Assembly (NCBI GenBank): GCA_030167145.1
Contig: CP126532.1
Location: 990,001 to 1,022,000 of the forward strand
Source: Ktedonobacterales bacterium
GTDB taxonomy: Bacteria > Chloroflexota > Ktedonobacteria > Ktedonobacterales > JADMIN01
DNA: 32,000 bases
Direction: 5' to 3'
Part shown: piece by piece, positions 1 to 9,171 of the stretch
Numbering within the stretch: the first letter of the stretch is position 1
How the letters are laid out: the number at the start of each line of letters is the position of its first letter
Notes under the pieces: model-generated
Seen by the model: only the letters and a program-made list of their open reading frames with translations
Told to the model about the DNA's origin: nothing
The model's database searches: none
Made by a program: the position numbers and the translations under genes

Positions 1-199
1 CCTGGCTGTGTGCCCCAAGAGGGGTAGTATGTCTACGCGCGAGCGCGCCCCTGGGTAACAGCTATCACCCCGCCCGTTCGTCCCTTTCCCTCGCCCATAC
101 TCATCCGTATACGGTAGAATGGTAGACTGGTGAGTTGCGCGCCCACCGATTGAACAGCAGCACAAGTACAGCCTACACGAGACAGGTAAACACGAGGTT

Positions 200-823
200 A
201 TGGGGCGAAAACAAAGCGGCATCAACGCCACAACGCAGCCAGTCGTGCGGATAGAAGATGGGCGTGCGATTCTGCGCGTCGGCGGCGTCATCCAGTCGGT
301 CGCCGTAGATGACCGCTACATCCCTGATGTCTGGGACTCCATGCTCCCACACGCTCGCCCTGCCAACGCCCTGATCCTCGGCCTCGGCGGTGGCACTATC
401 GCCACCTTGATGACCCAGCGCTGGGGACCGCTCCCCATCACCGGCGTCGAAAACGATCCCGCCGTCGCCTGGCTTGCCGCCCACGAATTCGGCCTCAGCC
501 AGCTCCCCAACGTCCACATCACCATAGCTGACGCCTTCGCCTTCGTCCAGCGCTGTCACGAGCGCTTCGAGGCGATATGTGTAGACCTCTACGTTGCGGG
601 CAAGATGTCTCACGGCGTCCTTGAGCCGGCATTCCTGCGCGACATCGCGCGCATCCTCACCCCAGATGGCACGGCCACCTTCAACCTCTGGCGCTCACCG
701 TATCTTACTGACCATATGCGCCGCATCGAGCGCATCCTCGCCATACGCTCCCTCACCAACGCGGGCGATAATGTCGTCGTCGCCTGCGCCCGCCCCCATT
801 CCTCCCCGACACCTTCCCTCTGA
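200..823 (+). CDS. Class I SAM-dependent methyltransferase-fold protein, spermidine/spermine synthase-like
   Basis: 207-aa ORF with ATG at 200. Glycine-rich cofactor loop ALILGLGGGTIATL, then ITGVENDP and ICVDLY, as in the spermidine-synthase-like subfamily. Family call is motif-level only. Confidence 0.6.
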   Translation: MGRKQSGINATTQPVVRIEDGRAILRVGGVIQSVAVDDRYIPDVWDSMLPHARPANALILGLGGGTIATLMTQRWGPLPITGVENDPAVAWLAAHEFGLSQLPNVHITIADAFAFVQRCHERFEAICVDLYVAGKMSHGVLEPAFLRDIARILTPDGTATFNLWRSPYLTDHMRRIERILAIRSLTNAGDNVVVACARPHSSPTPSL

Positions 824-1128
824 GAGCCGACCGTTAATTCCAGTACCATTGCGTTACCCATTCGCGAACGAATAGTATCAGTGTTAACGTACTCGTGCGG
901 CATGAAGTTTTTCGTTCACGGGTGGCGCGGCCTCAATCAGACGCGCCACGCAAGCGGGACAACCGGAAACCTTCCTCTGCCAACCACAGCGCCCAGGAAG
1001 ATCCGGGCGGCGCGACAGGTTTCCGGCCATAGCCATACTGGCATGGATTCGTTATACGGGCCTGGCGCATGCGTTGTAATTCGAAATTGACCGCAGACCC
1101 TCTATTACCTTTCAAGGAGTCCCGGCAC

Positions 1129-2442
1129 ATGCAGGACATTCGCACACCCGGCATGCAAAATGTGGTGCTGTCCAGCAAATCCCTCACCGACTACGCGCCC
1201 GTCGTCGGCGACGATGTGATCGCCGAACTTGAGCGCCTGGCAAAGCCGCTGCAAGGCGCGCGCGTGCTCCACATCTCCTCCACTGCTTATGGTGGCGGTG
1301 TCGCCGAAATGTTGCACACGCTCATCCCTTTGATGCGCAACGTCGGCCTCAACGCAGAATGGCGCATCATCTCTGGCAATGACGAGTTCTTCACCGTCAC
1401 CAAGAGTATGCACAACGCGCTTCAGGGTATGGATCTCGACCTTACCCCGGCGATGAAAGCCACCTATCTGCATGCCAACGTAGACAACGCCGTCTACTTC
1501 GAAGATGACTTCGACTATGTCATCGTGCATGACCCTCAGCCCGCGCCACTGCGCATGATGTGCTCTACCAACTCCGGCAAGTGGATCTGGCGCTGCCACA
1601 TTGACCTGACCGCCGCCGATGCCGACTATTGGGGCTTCCTCCGTCCCTTCGTGCAAATGTATGACGCCGCCATCTTCACCCTGCCCGACTACGTCAAGCG
1701 CGACCTGAAGATCGGCAAGATCGCCATTATTCCGCCCGCAATTGATCCCCTCAGCCCCAAAAACGCCCCGATGAGCAACGACGACGCGCGCCGCATCGTC
1801 GGCATGTACGGCATTGATCCCGACCGCCCTTCGCTCGTGCAGGTCTCGCGCTTCGATCCCTGGAAAGACCCGCTCGGCGTGATTGATGTCTATCGCATCG
1901 TGCGCGAGCAGTTCCCCGGCCTCCAGCTCGTCATGGTCGGCTCGATGGCCAGCGACGACCCCGAAGGCATGGAATACTACCAGCGCACTAAAGACCACGC
2001 CGCCGACGACCCAGACATCCACCTGCTCTCCAATCTGGATGGCGTGGGCAATGTCGAAGTCAACGCCTTCCAGCAAATGGCGACCGTGGTGCTTCAGAAG
2101 TCGCTGCGCGAAGGCTTCGGCCTCACTGTCTCCGAAGGCCTCTGGAAGGGCAAGCCCGTCATCGGCGGCAACGTCGGCGGCATCCCGTTGCAGATCCAGG
2201 ACGGCGTGACTGGGTATCTCGTGGATAGCATCGAAGAGTGCGCCCGCCGCACCATCGAGTTGATGCGCCACCCCGAACAGGCGGTTGCCATGGGTCAGCG
2301 TGGTCGCGAAGAGGTGCGGCATAAGTTCCTCTCCACCGCGAACCTACGCAACTACCTCACTCTCTTCAATGAGCTTGCTGGCAACGCCGTAGCGCCGTCG
2401 CAAGCTGAATCCCAGGCACACGCGCTCACTACACCCGCCTAG
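1129..2442 (+). CDS. treT: Trehalose glycosyltransferring synthase (TreT-type GT4 glycosyltransferase)
   Basis: Blocks characteristic of TreT as I recall it: HISSTAYGGGVAEMLHTLIPLMR, FFTVTKSMHNALQG, VIVHDPQPAPL, WIWRCHIDL, QVSRFDPWKDPLGVIDVY, SLREGFGLTVSEGLWKGKPVIGGNVGGIPLQI. Start moved to ATG 1129 because AAGGAG (1114-1119) lies 9 nt upstream; the track ORF starts at 1069. Confidence 0.8.
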   Translation: MQDIRTPGMQNVVLSSKSLTDYAPVVGDDVIAELERLAKPLQGARVLHISSTAYGGGVAEMLHTLIPLMRNVGLNAEWRIISGNDEFFTVTKSMHNALQGMDLDLTPAMKATYLHANVDNAVYFEDDFDYVIVHDPQPAPLRMMCSTNSGKWIWRCHIDLTAADADYWGFLRPFVQMYDAAIFTLPDYVKRDLKIGKIAIIPPAIDPLSPKNAPMSNDDARRIVGMYGIDPDRPSLVQVSRFDPWKDPLGVIDVYRIVREQFPGLQLVMVGSMASDDPEGMEYYQRTKDHAADDPDIHLLSNLDGVGNVEVNAFQQMATVVLQKSLREGFGLTVSEGLWKGKPVIGGNVGGIPLQIQDGVTGYLVDSIEECARRTIELMRHPEQAVAMGQRGREEVRHKFLSTANLRNYLTLFNELAGNAVAPSQAESQAHALTTPA

Positions 2443-2462
2443 CTATCGCCTTTCCTATCCTC

Positions 2463-2510
2463 GCGCCGCCTCTTGCTGGTTCTACGCCAGCGGGGAGCGG
2501 CGCGTATTTC
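2463..2510. terminator. Imperfect GC-rich hairpin between convergent treT and HMG-CoA lyase genes
   Basis: GCGCCGC (2463-2469) pairs with GCGGCGC (2497-2503). Internal CTC/GAG and CTGG/CCAG pairs extend the stem, which is followed by GTATTTC. The T tract is short, so termination activity is uncertain. Confidence 0.35.
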
Positions 2511-2552
2511 ATGCTCGCTATGCTAAGGGGCTGGGAAAGGTCGGGCGCGACA

Positions 2553-3470
2553 TCACACGGCGGTCGCGGCGGCGTAGTAGCGGCTGGCGGGCGCTTTGCC
2601 GCGCACCCCGGCGAGGAAGCGGCTCGCTTCGACTACGGCGTCTAGATTCACACCTGTTTCGATGCCGAGGCCGTGCAGCAGATAGAGCAGGTCTTCGGTG
2701 GCGAGGTTGCCTGATGCTCCCGGCGCATAGGGGCAGCCACCCAGCCCGCCCGTTGAGCTATCGAAGATACTGATGCCCATCTGCAACGCCGCCAGCACGT
2801 TCGCCAGTGCTGTGCCGCGTGTATCGTGGAAGTGCATCGCCAGCCGGTCCAGCGGCACGCGGCTGGTGAGCAGCGCCGTCAACTCCACCACCTGATTCGG
2901 TGTGCCCACGCCAATAGTATCGCCAATGGATAGCTCATCCACACCCAGGTCGAGCAGCATCTCGCAGACGCGGAGCACCGCATCCGGCGCGACCGCGCCC
3001 TCATACGGGCAGCCGAATGCAGTGGAAACGTAGCCGCGCACGCGCACACCAGCCCCGCGCGCCATCTCTACCACGGGCCGGAAGTTCTCGATGCTGCCCG
3101 CAATGGTGGTGTTGATGTTGTGCTGCACGAAGGTCTCCGATGCGCCGGTAAAGACGGCAACTTCGCGCAGACCCGCCGCGAGCGCCCGCTCCATGCCCTT
3201 CGCGTTCGGCACAAGCGCGCTGTAGCGCGTGCCAGGGCGCTTGGTGATGCCCGCCATCACCTCGCTGGCGTCGGCAAGCTGCGGCACGGCCTTCGGGCTG
3301 ACGAACGAGGTCGCCTCGATGACCGGAAAGCCCGCTGCACTTAACAGATCAATGAAGCGTATCTTATCGGCGGTCGTCACCACCCCCGCCTCATTCTGCA
3401 AGCCGTCGCGCGGTCCCACTTCGACCACGGTGACGCGCTGGGGCAGGCTAGATAACAGAGCGTTCGACAT
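2553..3470 (-). CDS. hmgL: Hydroxymethylglutaryl-CoA lyase
   Basis: 305 aa. Hallmark motifs VEVGPRDGLQNE, HFHDTRGTALAN and GGLGGCPYAPGASGN. Confidence 0.9.
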   Translation of the reverse strand: MSNALLSSLPQRVTVVEVGPRDGLQNEAGVVTTADKIRFIDLLSAAGFPVIEATSFVSPKAVPQLADASEVMAGITKRPGTRYSALVPNAKGMERALAAGLREVAVFTGASETFVQHNINTTIAGSIENFRPVVEMARGAGVRVRGYVSTAFGCPYEGAVAPDAVLRVCEMLLDLGVDELSIGDTIGVGTPNQVVELTALLTSRVPLDRLAMHFHDTRGTALANVLAALQMGISIFDSSTGGLGGCPYAPGASGNLATEDLLYLLHGLGIETGVNLDAVVEASRFLAGVRGKAPASRYYAAATAV

Positions 3471-3499
3471 TTGACACTCCTTTGAAGATAGATGGCAAA

Positions 3500-5539
3500 C
3501 TACTCTTCCGTTGTGGCGCTGCCATCTAACTCGACGAGTGGCTCGCCGCCGGGGACGACATCGCCCGCCACGTGGGTGACACGGACGACGCGGCCTGCGT
3601 AGGGCGCGGTGATGGCATGCTCCATCTTCATCGCGCCCAGCACCACCAGCGTGCGGTGCGCCTCGACGGTGTCGCCTTCGGCTACGTTCACCTGGATAAT
3701 CGTGCCCGCCATCGGCGCGGTGAGCGTCTGCCGCCCGCTGGCGCTCTCGCTCTCGTGCGACGCGCTCTCCACATCCAGCGGGCGTGGCTTCTCCAGTGTA
3801 TAGCTGCCGCCGCGCAGACTTACCAACACGTCGTTGCCGCGCCGCGCTACGTGCGCCGTCTCGCGTGCGCCGGACGCCCCTACGCCTAGCGCCAGGATTA
3901 TCTGTCCGTCGGGGTGGGTCGTTGCCGCCACGGGGTCACCGTTTTCGCCGGGGTAGGGCTGGTCGTCTATTTCCACTTCGTAGCTATCACCGGTAGTGGC
4001 AGGTATGAGGGATACCGAGTGATCCTGCCCATTGCGGCGATAGCGGAAGCGGCGCGCGGTGTTTGTTCCCAGCGCGGCGCGGCTCGTCCACGGGTTATAC
4101 GGACCGTGCGCTGCCTGCGCTGGTGCGGCTGTCTGCGTCTCCCAGAGTGCGGCGGCGGCCAGCGCATTCGGCGAGGTTTCCGGCGGCTGAGTTGCGGCGC
4201 TGAGGTCGTGTGTCTCCAGATAGGCCGTCGTCACGTCGCCAGCGCGGAAGTCCGGCTCGTCCGCGATGGCGCGCAGCAGCGGGATGTTCGTCGCCACACC
4301 GAGCACTGCGAAGCGTTCCAGCGCCCAGGCGAGGCGTTCGACTGCGGCAGGGCGGTCGGGCGCATAGACGATCAACTTCGCCAGCATCGGGTCGTAGTGG
4401 ACCGTCACCTCGTCGCCCGCCGCGATGCCTGCGTCCACCCGCACCCCCGGCGCGCGTAGCGGCGCAAACGCCAGCACCGTGCCCGTGGACGGCAGGTAGC
4501 CGTTCGCTGGATCTTCCGCGTAGAGCCGCACCTCGATGGCGTGCCCACGCGGGGCGATGTGCTCTTGCACCAGGGCAAGCGGCTCTCCAGCGGCAATCTG
4601 TAGCTGCAAGCGCACGAGGTCCAGGCCGGTCACCAGTTCCGTCACCGGATGCTCCACTTGCAAGCGGGTGTTCATTTCGAGGAAGTAGTAGCGCCCGTCG
4701 CGGTCGAGCAGGAATTCGCAGGTGCCCGCGTTGACGTAGCCTGCCGCCTGTGCCGCGCGGACCGCCGCAGCGCCCATCTCGGCGCGTAGCCCCGGCGTCA
4801 GCGCGACGCTAGGGCTTTCTTCGACGACCTTCTGGTGGCGGCGCTGGATCGAGCAATCGCGCTCGCCCAGGTGAATGCAGTTACCGTGCTGGTCGGCGAG
4901 TATCTGGAACTCGACGTGGCGCGGGCCGACGACGAGCTTCTCCAGAAACACGCTGTCGTCGCCAAAGGCCGCCAGTGCCTCGCGTTGCGCCGCCGCCAGC
5001 GCCTCGTCGAACACCTCTTTCGCATGCACGGCGCGCATGCCCTTGCCGCCGCCGCCCGCCGCCGCCTTGATGAGCACGGGATAGCCGATGCGTGCGGCTT
5101 CGCGCCGCATCGTGTGGGCGTCGCGCTTCTCGCCCGCGTAGCCCGGCACGGTCGGCACGCCCGCTGCTTCGACGGCGCGCTTGGCGGCGGTCTTCGACCC
5201 CATCAGGCGGATCGCCTCCGCTGGTGGGCCAATGAAGACGATGCCCGCCCGCGCGCAGGCTTCGGCGAACTCCGCATTCTCGGAGAGGAAGCCGTAGCCG
5301 GGGTGGATCGCCTCCGCGCCGTGCGCCTGGGCGACGGCCAGAATCGCGCTGATATTCAGATAGCTTTCGCGCGCCGGAGCCGGACCAATGCAGTACGCTT
5401 CGTCCGCCGCGCGCACATGCGCCGCGTCGCGGTCGGCCTCGGAATAGACGGCGATGGCGCGGATGCCCATCTCCTGGCAGGCGGCCATCACGCGGACGGC
5501 AATTTCGCCGCGATTGGCGATCAGCACCGACTTAAACAT
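3500..5539 (-). CDS. Acyl-CoA carboxylase alpha subunit (biotin carboxylase + BCCP), probably 3-methylcrotonyl-CoA carboxylase alpha
   Basis: 679 aa. N-terminal LIANRGEIAVRV, ATP-grasp glycine loop AAGGGGKGMR, and the C-terminal biotinyl-lysine motif GAMKMEH. The MCCase assignment comes from the flanking hydratase and HMG-CoA lyase genes. Confidence 0.85.
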   Translation of the reverse strand: MFKSVLIANRGEIAVRVMAACQEMGIRAIAVYSEADRDAAHVRAADEAYCIGPAPARESYLNISAILAVAQAHGAEAIHPGYGFLSENAEFAEACARAGIVFIGPPAEAIRLMGSKTAAKRAVEAAGVPTVPGYAGEKRDAHTMRREAARIGYPVLIKAAAGGGGKGMRAVHAKEVFDEALAAAQREALAAFGDDSVFLEKLVVGPRHVEFQILADQHGNCIHLGERDCSIQRRHQKVVEESPSVALTPGLRAEMGAAAVRAAQAAGYVNAGTCEFLLDRDGRYYFLEMNTRLQVEHPVTELVTGLDLVRLQLQIAAGEPLALVQEHIAPRGHAIEVRLYAEDPANGYLPSTGTVLAFAPLRAPGVRVDAGIAAGDEVTVHYDPMLAKLIVYAPDRPAAVERLAWALERFAVLGVATNIPLLRAIADEPDFRAGDVTTAYLETHDLSAATQPPETSPNALAAAALWETQTAAPAQAAHGPYNPWTSRAALGTNTARRFRYRRNGQDHSVSLIPATTGDSYEVEIDDQPYPGENGDPVAATTHPDGQIILALGVGASGARETAHVARRGNDVLVSLRGGSYTLEKPRPLDVESASHESESASGRQTLTAPMAGTIIQVNVAEGDTVEAHRTLVVLGAMKMEHAITAPYAGRVVRVTHVAGDVVPGGEPLVELDGSATTEE

Positions 5540-6365
5540 CGTCGCTCACCCAACTCGCGCGGCGCTTCTCCAGGAAGGCGCGAATGCCCTCCTGCCCTTC
5601 CTCGCTAGTGCGCAGCCCGGCGATGGTCGCCGCCGTCATCAGCCGCGCCTCGTCGTCGGGCAGATGCAGCACGGTCTTGGCCATTACTTTGGCGGCGCGC
5701 ACGCCCGCCGGGGCGCTGCGCCCGATGTTTTTCAGTGTCGCCGCAACGGTCTCGTCTAGCTCATCCTCTGGCACGACGGTATGCACCAGCCCGATGGTGC
5801 GAGCGCGGTAGGCGTCGAAACGTTCGGCGGTGAGGAAGAGCGCGCGGGCATGGGTCTCGCCGATCTTGCGGAGCGCGAAGGGCGAGATGACCGCTGGTGC
5901 GATGCCCAGCCGCGCCTCGGTGAAGCCGAAGACTGTGCCCTCGGCGGCGATGGCGATGTCGCAGACGGCGGTGAGGCCGGAGCCGCCGCCCAGCGCCGCG
6001 CCGTGGATGCGCCCGATGACTGGATGGCGGCAGTTGTCTATCGCGCGGAACATGTCGGCCATGCGCAACGCATCGCTGACATTCTCATCATGCGTGAAGT
6101 CCAGGCTGGCGCGCATCCAATTGAGGTCGGCCCCCGCACAGAAGCTCGGTCCGTCGCCCGCGAGCACCACCGCGCGCACGTCGTCGTCATCGCTCAGCGT
6201 CTGGAAGGCGGTGTGCAGTTCGGCGATCAGCCGCGCATTGAAAGCGTTATGCACTTCGGGGCGCGCCAGGGTAATGTACGCCGCGATGCCGCGCCGTTCC
6301 AGGCGCAGATGACGGTATGCGCCGGAGACGCGAATCTCGTCGGGAGATTGTTCGGGTTCGCTCAT
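5532..6365 (-). CDS. Enoyl-CoA hydratase/isomerase (crotonase) family, likely methylglutaconyl-CoA hydratase
   Basis: Crotonase signature VVLAGDGPSFCAGADLNWM. Start set at ATG 6365 (MSEPEQ) with GAGGAGG upstream; the track ORF extends to 6452. Its TAA stop overlaps the downstream start as ATGTTTAA, an 8-nt overlap suggesting translational coupling. Confidence 0.8.
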   Translation of the reverse strand: MSEPEQSPDEIRVSGAYRHLRLERRGIAAYITLARPEVHNAFNARLIAELHTAFQTLSDDDDVRAVVLAGDGPSFCAGADLNWMRASLDFTHDENVSDALRMADMFRAIDNCRHPVIGRIHGAALGGGSGLTAVCDIAIAAEGTVFGFTEARLGIAPAVISPFALRKIGETHARALFLTAERFDAYRARTIGLVHTVVPEDELDETVAATLKNIGRSAPAGVRAAKVMAKTVLHLPDDEARLMTAATIAGLRTSEEGQEGIRAFLEKRRASWVSDDV

Positions 6366-6461
6366 CGTTGAGTGCGCCTCCTCGCGCCACGCCGGAGACT
6401 CCGCGCTCCGCGCGCAAACTGTACTGTATTGTATCGTACCACTCCCCGGCACACCCCGCCG

Positions 6462-7217
6462 CTAGGCTTTGGGAGCTGAACGGCTCAGGACGACTGGGCT
6501 GAAGTTGGTCTGATAGTCATAGGTATCCAGCCCTTCGCTGCGCTTCAGGTAGCCGACGACGGCATAGGTCAGCGGTGTCGCGGCGACCTCGTAAAGCACT
6601 TTGAAAGCCCATTGCACGACGATGCCCGTCACCACCTGCTGCGCAGTGAAGATGCCGGTCAGGCCGAAGGCGATGGTGATGAAGACCAGCGTATCCGCGC
6701 CCTCACCGATCAGCGTCGAGCCGATGGTGCGCGTCCAGAGCCAGCGCCCTTTCGTGGCGATTTTCAGCTTCGCCAGCACGAACGAATTGAGAAATTCGCC
6801 GACCAGATAGGCGCAGAATGAGGCCAGCAGCAGCACCGGCGTGAAGCCCAGAATCGCGCTATACGCCCCCTGGTTCGGCCAGAACGGCGCGGCGGGCAGG
6901 ACACCGGCGACGTAGATCGCCAGTACGGCGATGAGATTGCAGAAGAAGCCGAGCCAGATCACGCGGCGCGCGGCGGCGTAGCCATAGACCTCGGTGAGCA
7001 CATCGCCGAAGAGATAGCTCAGCGGGAAGATGACCACGCCAGCAGGCACAAATAGCCCGAACGGCAGCGCGATGATCTTGACGGCGATGATGTTGGCGAC
7101 GATCAGGCAGGTGACGAACAAGCCGACCAGCACGATAAATCGGCCCGAAAAGACGGCGGACGGTGATTTTTGCACAGCGCATACCTCTGAGATGAAAACG
7201 CCGCATTCGCGATACAC
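6462..7217 (-). CDS. yhhQ: Queuosine-precursor transporter, YhhQ/VUT (DUF165) family
   Basis: Polytopic membrane ORF with family-typical blocks FPLSYLFGDVLTEVYGY and RTIGSTLIGEGADTLVFITIAF. The true start may be GTG at 7175, which has AGAGG 8 nt upstream. Confidence 0.75.
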   Translation of the reverse strand: MYRECGVFISEVCAVQKSPSAVFSGRFIVLVGLFVTCLIVANIIAVKIIALPFGLFVPAGVVIFPLSYLFGDVLTEVYGYAAARRVIWLGFFCNLIAVLAIYVAGVLPAAPFWPNQGAYSAILGFTPVLLLASFCAYLVGEFLNSFVLAKLKIATKGRWLWTRTIGSTLIGEGADTLVFITIAFGLTGIFTAQQVVTGIVVQWAFKVLYEVAATPLTYAVVGYLKRSEGLDTYDYQTNFSPVVLSRSAPKA

Positions 7218-7376
7218 AGTCGCGCGCGAGCGGATGCCTCGTGAGACATCGCCTCTAAGTATGGGGTATCGAAGGGGGAGTGGTCAACCGTAACGAAGCG
7301 ATATATAATACGATTCGCTATGCAGGTAGGCGATGGATACGGTGGATGTGCGCATGGGCGGGAGGGTAGAGATCTC

Positions 7377-9071
7377 ATGTCGGGCAGATATAATGACCCC
7401 TATGGCGACTCCAATCACTGGAACGACGCGGATGGTGAGGAATGGGATGCGCCGCGTTCACAGCGGCCACGAAGCGACCGATCAGACGTTCGCGGCCCTT
7501 CGCGCCCCTCACGAGATCGCAGCGAGTATGGCGGCTATAGCAATACTGGTGGATATGGCGGTTACGATGGCTATGATGAATCGCCACGCACGCGCCCGCC
7601 CTCGCGCCCCGGCCCGGCATCGCAAAGCGGAGGCTACGGCCAGCCAGATCCCTACGATCAGAGCGGCTATGGCAGGCCCGGACCGCACAGCCGTGGCAGC
7701 AATAGCGGCTATAGGGGTAATAGCGGCTATGGAGAGTACGGTGCGCGGGATAGGGGAGACGCATTCTACCCACCGGATATGCCCACCCAGGGTGGCTACC
7801 AGGGTAACTATGGCCAACCAGCGAGTAATTCGCGCGGGTGGCAGCCGGGCGCGCCTACCTACCCGAACAGCCAGTGGGGCAATCTGGGCCAGCAGCGGCC
7901 AGGCATGTCCGCTACGCCTTCCCCATGGGGAGCGCCATCGCATGCGGGATGGCAGGCGCAGACGCCCGCCGCACCACAGCGCAAATCGCGCCGCAAGCTC
8001 TGGATTACCCTCGCTGTGATTGCCGCGCTGCTCGTCGTCACTGGTGGCGGTGTCGGCTTTGCCGCCGTGCAATATTTCGCGCCGTCTGCTATGGCTGGTG
8101 TTTTTTGCGGAAATCTCAAGGCGCAGAACTATACGGCAGCCTATCAACTGCTCGATAGCGCGATGAAGAGCCAGTTCAGCGGCGACCAATTCACCCAGGA
8201 CGCTCAGACGCTCGACCGCGCCGAGGGGGCGGTGCTGGATTGCAAGGGCACAGCCGCGTATCATCACAGTCTTGGTGGGAGCACGGCGGCGATGGGGCTA
8301 GCTATCACCCGCGCAACCGCCGGGACGTTCACCGGCACGGTGCGACTCGTGAACGAAGCTGGTTCATGGAAGGTTGACGGTCTGGATACCAGTTTGCTCG
8401 GCGTCAACCTGGACGCACTGCATACCGCCGCGAGCTATTGCGCCGCATTGCAAGCCAAGAAATATAGCGATGCCTATGCCCTGCTGGGAACAGCGCAAAC
8501 GAGCAAAACGAAAGCCAGTGACTTTGCCCAGGCCGCCCAGTGGCACGATCAGATAGATGGTCCGGTGAGCGCGTGCCAGGTCACGGGACTCGGCTCCGGC
8601 AACACAGATTCGGCGGCAAACCTGACGCTGAGCATCACCCGCGACAAACTTGGCGAAAAGCACGATGCGCTCGGCCTGGATGTGGAGAGCGCCGCCTGGA
8701 AGATCAGCGCCGTCGGCGCGCAACTTCAGGGCACAGATCTCTCGGCATTGCGGGTGGGTCTGCGGTTCTGTGGCGACATGAGCAACAGCAATTATACGGA
8801 CGCCTTCAGCCTGCTCTCGGCGACGGGTAAAGGCAATGCCACTGAAGATCAATTCGCGGCGGCGTTCTCAGGGGCAACAGATGGCATCCAGTTGACCGCG
8901 TGCAGCCCGGAAATCAGCACCTACACCACTACGACCACTGTCGCCTCCATGACGGTTGATTTGACCGTCATGCAACTCTCCACCAGCCAAACCGGCCACG
9001 GCAAGGCCACGCTGAAACTCTCACATTCCGGCAGCGCCTGGAAGGTTGATGAGATGGCTCTGCAGAACTGA
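7377..9071 (+). CDS. Membrane-anchored hypothetical protein: low-complexity G/Y/S/R/P-rich N-terminus, one TM helix, three ~110-aa Cys-containing repeat modules
   Basis: Start at ATG 7377 (MSGRYNDPYGD) with GGGAGGG upstream. TM segment is LWITLAVIAALLVVTGGGVGFAAV. Three modules begin FCGNLKAQNYTAAYQLL, YCAALQAKKYSDAYALL and FCGDMSNSNYTDAFSLL; each has a second Cys about 45 aa later and a C-terminal W-K-[VI] motif (SWKVD, AWKIS, AWKVD). Confidence 0.7.
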   Translation: MSGRYNDPYGDSNHWNDADGEEWDAPRSQRPRSDRSDVRGPSRPSRDRSEYGGYSNTGGYGGYDGYDESPRTRPPSRPGPASQSGGYGQPDPYDQSGYGRPGPHSRGSNSGYRGNSGYGEYGARDRGDAFYPPDMPTQGGYQGNYGQPASNSRGWQPGAPTYPNSQWGNLGQQRPGMSATPSPWGAPSHAGWQAQTPAAPQRKSRRKLWITLAVIAALLVVTGGGVGFAAVQYFAPSAMAGVFCGNLKAQNYTAAYQLLDSAMKSQFSGDQFTQDAQTLDRAEGAVLDCKGTAAYHHSLGGSTAAMGLAITRATAGTFTGTVRLVNEAGSWKVDGLDTSLLGVNLDALHTAASYCAALQAKKYSDAYALLGTAQTSKTKASDFAQAAQWHDQIDGPVSACQVTGLGSGNTDSAANLTLSITRDKLGEKHDALGLDVESAAWKISAVGAQLQGTDLSALRVGLRFCGDMSNSNYTDAFSLLSATGKGNATEDQFAAAFSGATDGIQLTACSPEISTYTTTTTVASMTVDLTVMQLSTSQTGHGKATLKLSHSGSAWKVDEMALQN

Positions 9072-9171
9072 GCTGATGCAGAGGCTCTACAGCATTGCGC
9101 CTCTATCCCCGCTGCGCTCTATAGTCTGAGCGAGGCTGAGGGGGCGCGGATTCGCTGAAGGGAGCGGCACC

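Noticed and set aside
1105-2322. 405-aa minus-strand ORF antisense to treT
   Set aside because: A shadow ORF typical of high-GC DNA. The plus strand has strong TreT motifs and an RBS.
4835-5608. 257-aa plus-strand ORF (and 3914-4459, 4210-4734) antisense to the carboxylase gene
   Set aside because: These are high-GC shadow ORFs. The minus strand encodes an uninterrupted biotin carboxylase/BCCP protein with all hallmark motifs.
7218-7320. preQ1 riboswitch upstream of the YhhQ-type transporter
   Set aside because: YhhQ genes are often preQ1-regulated, and the minus-strand leader contains CCCCATACTTAGAGG. I could not build the P1 stem or find the A-rich tail and ACUA core of preQ1-I, II or III. 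The adjacent ATG is out of frame with the transporter.
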